Source of the DNA: an uncultured Candidatus Saccharibacteria bacterium
GTDB taxonomy: Bacteria; Patescibacteriota; Saccharimonadia; Saccharimonadales; JAGQNJ01
Length of the DNA stretch: 64,000 bases
Direction of reading: 5' to 3'
Assembly (NCBI GenBank): GCA_964584895.1
Contig: CAZPAW010000001.1
Span: 197,053 to 261,052 of the forward strand
Shown: positions 59,911 to 64,000 of the stretch, piece after piece
Numbering within the stretch: position 1 is the stretch's first letter
How the letters are laid out: each line of letters starts with the position of its first letter
Program-made: the position numbers and the translations under genes
The notes under the pieces: generated by a model
The model's database searches: none
The model's input: only the letters and a program-made list of their open reading frames with translations
Told to the model about the DNA's origin: nothing

Positions 59911-60996
59911 ATGGCTAAGAAAGATTACTATGAAGTACTAGGGGTAGGAAAGTCGGCAAGCGCTGACGAGATAAAGAAAGCTTTTAGGCGTGCTGCTGTT
60001 GAGCATCATCCAGATAAGGGGGGCGATGAAGCAAAATTTAAAGAAATTAATGAAGCTTATGAAGTTTTAAAAGATCCCAGCAAACGTCAGCGTTATGATC
60101 AGTTTGGCCATGCGGGAGTTGGTGGTGCGTCAAGTGGTGGTCCGGCTGGTGGTGGTTTTGGAGGTTTTGGTCAAGGTCAAGAAATGCACTTTGATTTTGG
60201 CGATTTGGGCTTAGGCGATATTTTTGGGAGTTTTTTTGGTGGAGGCCAGAGACCCGGTGGTCAACGCCAAAGACGAGGTAATGATATTCAAACCAGCGTT
60301 GATCTAACTTTTGATCAGGCTGTGTTTGGTACTGAGATTGATTTAAACATGAATATTGATGATGCTTGTGAACACTGCAAAGGTAGTACCGTCGAACCAG
60401 GCTATGAGTTAAAAAATTGCCCAACCTGTAAGGGTAGCGGTCAAGTGCTGAGGGTAACCCGGACAGTTTTTGGCAATATTCAGCAGGCGACAATTTGTGA
60501 TGAATGTAAGGGAAGCGGAAAAGTTCCTGAAAAATTATGTAGCGTGTGTCGAGGCAAAGGCATAAAGCAAAAAAGACAAGACATAAAATTAAAAGTTCCA
60601 GCAGGGATTGATGATGGAGCAACAATAAGACTTCGTGAACACGGAGAAGCAGTGGCTCGGGGCGAAAAAGGCGATTTATATGTAAATGTACGAGTCAAAC
60701 CTCATAAAAAATTTACTCGTGAAGGCGATATAATTCTTAGCGAAGAGGCAATCGGAATGGTGGATGCAACACTGGGGACTGAAATTGAAGTGGACACAGT
60801 TGATGGCCCGATTACCATGAGAATACCGGCCGGAACCCAGAGTGGTACGGATTTTAAATTATCTGATCATGGCGTACCACACATAAAATCAAAATCTCGT
60901 GGACCTCATATAGTCACTATTATTGTAGAAACCCCCGAAAAACTTAACAAGCATCAAAAGAAGCTGTTTGAAAATTTGAGAGAACACGGTCTTTAA
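59911..60996 (+). CDS. dnaJ: Chaperone DnaJ
   Basis: J domain HPD, G/F region, four CxxCxGxG motifs. Confidence 0.97.
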   Translation: MAKKDYYEVLGVGKSASADEIKKAFRRAAVEHHPDKGGDEAKFKEINEAYEVLKDPSKRQRYDQFGHAGVGGASSGGPAGGGFGGFGQGQEMHFDFGDLGLGDIFGSFFGGGQRPGGQRQRRGNDIQTSVDLTFDQAVFGTEIDLNMNIDDACEHCKGSTVEPGYELKNCPTCKGSGQVLRVTRTVFGNIQQATICDECKGSGKVPEKLCSVCRGKGIKQKRQDIKLKVPAGIDDGATIRLREHGEAVARGEKGDLYVNVRVKPHKKFTREGDIILSEEAIGMVDATLGTEIEVDTVDGPITMRIPAGTQSGTDFKLSDHGVPHIKSKSRGPHIVTIIVETPEKLNKHQKKLFENLREHGL

Positions 60997-61047
60997 GCAC
61001 AAAAAATAATTGGCGAATGACCACATAAATAGTTAGAATATAAACTC

Positions 61048-61713
61048 ATGGCAAAAAATAAAGTTCAGTATGTTCATGGTGAAAAACTAGTAAAAAAGAG
61101 CAAATGGCGACGTAGAGTAGCGTTAATAATTGCCCTTGTATTATTTATATCAGGAATATATCTACTTTTATTGACATTGTCACCAAAAGCCCCTGTGCCG
61201 TCAAAGATTGACTTAAATACCAAGGACGATACTGAAGACCATCGAGACAGAATACAAATTGAGAAAATTAATTTAGAGGTTCCATTTTTTGCAGGTACAG
61301 ATGCCAGTACTTTAGAAAAAGGAGTATGGTGGCGGTTTCCTGATAGAGGTAGCCCTACGACCGGCGGTAACTTTATTTTGAGTGCTCATAGATTTTTCTT
61401 AGGCTATACGCCTCAAGGTACGCGCGAGAGATCTCCGTTTTATAAATTAAATGAAGTTCAGCCAGGCGATAAGATTAAAGTGTATTATAAAGATAAGTGG
61501 TACGAATACGAAGTAACTAAAAACTATGCTGTAGACCGAACGGCTGTGGAAATAGAGAATAAAACCGAAGACGCAAAAATGACACTGTATACTTGTTCGC
61601 TTGCTGGTGAGGCAGACGGCAGGGCGGTTATTGATGCCAAGCCGTTATTTGAAACATCTGGCTCTCTAGAAGAAAATGGCAGTGGCTCACCACTCCTACG
61701 AGTGGTCAATTAA
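61048..61713 (+). CDS. Sortase
   Basis: N-terminal TM, GNFILSAHR (His), TLYTC (Cys), downstream Arg. Confidence 0.92.
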   Translation: MAKNKVQYVHGEKLVKKSKWRRRVALIIALVLFISGIYLLLLTLSPKAPVPSKIDLNTKDDTEDHRDRIQIEKINLEVPFFAGTDASTLEKGVWWRFPDRGSPTTGGNFILSAHRFFLGYTPQGTRERSPFYKLNEVQPGDKIKVYYKDKWYEYEVTKNYAVDRTAVEIENKTEDAKMTLYTCSLAGEADGRAVIDAKPLFETSGSLEENGSGSPLLRVVN

Positions 61714-62352
61714 ATCAGTATATGCAACCACTTGGTTGCCACCGGCTTTTTTAGCGGCGTAAAGTGCTAGGTCTCCCTGCTCATACAATTCTTCGAACTG
61801 AGTGTGTTGTTCGAATTGTACAACACCTACACTTGTAGAGATATCAACACCCCTAGAGTCAACCTCTTGAATCCCGTTAATAAGCTCACATATGACTTTT
61901 GCACGTTCTATTGCGACTTCTTCTGTTGCACCATCAAGCATAATAACTAATTCGTCGCCCCCAAATCTTGCAACTGCGTCGTCATCGCGCACAGAACTAA
62001 GGATTGCAACGATACCTTTCAGTAGCTTGTCTCCAATAGGATGACCATGCGTATCGTTTACGGGTTTGAATCTATCGATGTCAAAAAAGAGCATACTGCC
62101 ACTAGGTGTTTCCCTTTTATTGTATCTCTCTTCGAGGCCTTCACGATTAAGTGCACTAGTGAGCTTGTCGCGATAAAGCCTCTGTTGCAAATCGTTTGTT
62201 TCCCCACGGAGTAAATAGTTAGAGAAAGCAGTAATTGCATGATTGTAGCTTGTGTCCGCCATGGCTCGATCTATGGGGTTATCAAATTCGGACCGTTTTA
62301 ATGGCCCGCTATAAAACTCTTCTTGTTGTCTCGAAGATGGAGTAAATGACAT
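61696..62352 (-). CDS. GGDEF-domain diguanylate cyclase
   Basis: DKLT..LNR, DIDRFKPVNDTHGH..GD, RFGGDEL, ALYAAK..G. Confidence 0.92.
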   Translation of the reverse strand: MSFTPSSRQQEEFYSGPLKRSEFDNPIDRAMADTSYNHAITAFSNYLLRGETNDLQQRLYRDKLTSALNREGLEERYNKRETPSGSMLFFDIDRFKPVNDTHGHPIGDKLLKGIVAILSSVRDDDAVARFGGDELVIMLDGATEEVAIERAKVICELINGIQEVDSRGVDISTSVGVVQFEQHTQFEELYEQGDLALYAAKKAGGNQVVAYTDLIDHS

Positions 62353-62430
62353 ATATTTATATTAACACAAACTGACTAAACAGTCAATGTATGCACATGT
62401 GTGTGCTTGTGGTTATAATATATTTGAATT

Positions 62431-62544
62431 ATGAAAAAGATAAAAAATAATCAAGAAGGTTTTATCCCGCTAATGATATTTATGATTTCAGTGCTTTTGT
62501 TTGCAATAATTTTTGTTTTTCTGAGAGTCATTAAGTCGACTTGA
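62431..62544 (+). CDS. 37-aa pilin-like micropeptide
   Basis: MKKIKNNQEG|FIPLMIFMISVLLFAIIFVFLRVIKST; TATAAT upstream. Confidence 0.6.
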   Translation: MKKIKNNQEGFIPLMIFMISVLLFAIIFVFLRVIKST

Positions 62545-62596
62545 AAGGTTCGAAAATCATTGCATAAGTATATAAACAATGATATAATAATTTTTA

Positions 62597-63904
62597 ATGA
62601 TGTCACCACCTTTACCAGAAGTTAAAGTTAATGTTGGCTTAACCCCTGATCAGGACGGCTCCGATACTATTACGTACGGCAAGTTACGCAGTGAAATTGA
62701 TAGACAAGCTGAATATCTCGATGGTCGTTGGGATTTGCTTTTCAACTCCCCAGAAGGCGATATAGAAGAGTCTTTACAAGCGCGACGTCTTGCCGAAACA
62801 TATTTATTGCAAACTGCAATTCGAGGACTACAATCATGGGATAATCCCGAAAAAGAACGATTGTGGCAAGAACGATTTACTCAGGCAAGCATAGAGCTAT
62901 ATGGTGAGCCAGACGAAAAGATTGTACGAGAGCTTGCAGCTAATGAGCGTAATTTGTTATCAGAGTTTTTCGATGACCCAAGAGTTGATCAGGATATTCT
63001 ACGTGAAGTAATTGATGTATATGATTATGTCGCTGGACACAGCGAAGGAGAAGCCATACCAGAACTTAGCCATGAAGCTTTTGAAGTTGTTGATGCATTC
63101 TTTTCGAGTGAAACTAACTCTAAAGTATTAGAGATGACTGATAGTTTAGAGGACAGACCATATGCACCTAAAGAACTGGTCGGGATATTTAGAGAAGCTA
63201 TTAACATACTTAAATCTAATGATTCTAATTGGGATGTTTGGAAAGTTGAACTGGTCGATCAATCAGGCTTATCTATCAACCCAGAGGAGAAAATTGTTCG
63301 TATTGGAGAACGAAGAAGTAGTGCATACCCTGCTGAAGTAAAAAAACTTTTAGGCCATGAACTATTAATTCATGCTCTTAGAGCGACTAATGCCTTGAGG
63401 CAGTCTGACGAACTTCTTCACGAAACCTTACCTGAATATGGCGTATTTGAAGAGGGTCTTGGTATTGTTGCTGAGGTCGTTATATCTGGAGAAAGATCTG
63501 AAAAAGCTATAAATCGATATGTTGATATAGCGCTGGCGCTCGGGACAAATCATTATTTGTTAAGTAGGAAAGAACTATTCGAGTTTGCCTATAATCGTCA
63601 AATATTAGCAAATCAGATTAAGGGAAAACCTATTGATTATAAAGCAATAGAAAAAGAGACATGGACACACATCGATAGAATTTTTCGGGGAGGCGATGGC
63701 GATGAAGATTCAAAAGCAGTATATACAATGTATAGCTATTACTACGCAGGATACGTAAAAGCGGTCAATTATTTAAACGAGGCATTAGCTAGTGGTGTAA
63801 GTGCCGACAAATTAATTGAATATACCATGCAGGCAAAATTCGACCCTACAAACCCTACCCATAAAAAACATATTAGAGAAAACGGATTAGTCCCTAGTCT
63901 GTAA
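62597..63904 (+). CDS. DUF1704 / MATCAP-like metallopeptidase
   Basis: HELLIHALR (HExxxH), FEEGLG, RIFRG, YYAGY. Confidence 0.75.
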   Translation: MMSPPLPEVKVNVGLTPDQDGSDTITYGKLRSEIDRQAEYLDGRWDLLFNSPEGDIEESLQARRLAETYLLQTAIRGLQSWDNPEKERLWQERFTQASIELYGEPDEKIVRELAANERNLLSEFFDDPRVDQDILREVIDVYDYVAGHSEGEAIPELSHEAFEVVDAFFSSETNSKVLEMTDSLEDRPYAPKELVGIFREAINILKSNDSNWDVWKVELVDQSGLSINPEEKIVRIGERRSSAYPAEVKKLLGHELLIHALRATNALRQSDELLHETLPEYGVFEEGLGIVAEVVISGERSEKAINRYVDIALALGTNHYLLSRKELFEFAYNRQILANQIKGKPIDYKAIEKETWTHIDRIFRGGDGDEDSKAVYTMYSYYYAGYVKAVNYLNEALASGVSADKLIEYTMQAKFDPTNPTHKKHIRENGLVPSL

Positions 63905-64000
63905 TAACTCGAACGTTTTCGTTGACGAAATCTAAGTCTTTTTCAAATTGTTTTGGATTTGGATTGTGCAAGATTATGATCGCGCACATTTTGTATCCGT

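Noticed and set aside
58722-60625. Long antisense ORFs (210, 129 and 192 aa) opposite dnaK, VKOR and dnaJ
   Set aside because: Shadow frames of conserved genes with no recognisable motifs; the same applies to the other short nested ORFs in the track

Overview
AT-rich, gene-dense bacterial chromosome segment. Gene content and style point to a CPR/Patescibacteria genome, probably Saccharibacteria; this is an inference. It carries housekeeping genes (tsaC fragment, Mur ligase, dus, tilS-ftsH-murJ-lepA, adenylate kinase-like, a CIRCE-controlled hrcA-grpE-dnaK...dnaJ cluster). An ~18-kb co-oriented cluster of large surface proteins spans 7.8-25.5 kb; four of them end in an L[AS]xTG-transmembrane-basic tail, matched by a sortase at 61 kb. 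Several ORFs have pilin-type N-termini, and all three CAT-anticodon tRNA types are present (Ile2, fMet, Met). The most unusual signals are non-coding and tRNA-linked: (1) two diverged ~90-nt three-hairpin elements, each inserted into a partial copy of the tRNA-Ile2 they flank; (2) a cassette-like array of single genes downstream of tRNA-fMet, each followed by a conserved site; (3) two large structured intervals between tRNA-fMet and tRNA-Met, one a five-way junction and one a long rod. I saw no integrase, transposase, rRNA or CRISPR array. All protein calls come from motif recognition by eye, not database searches.
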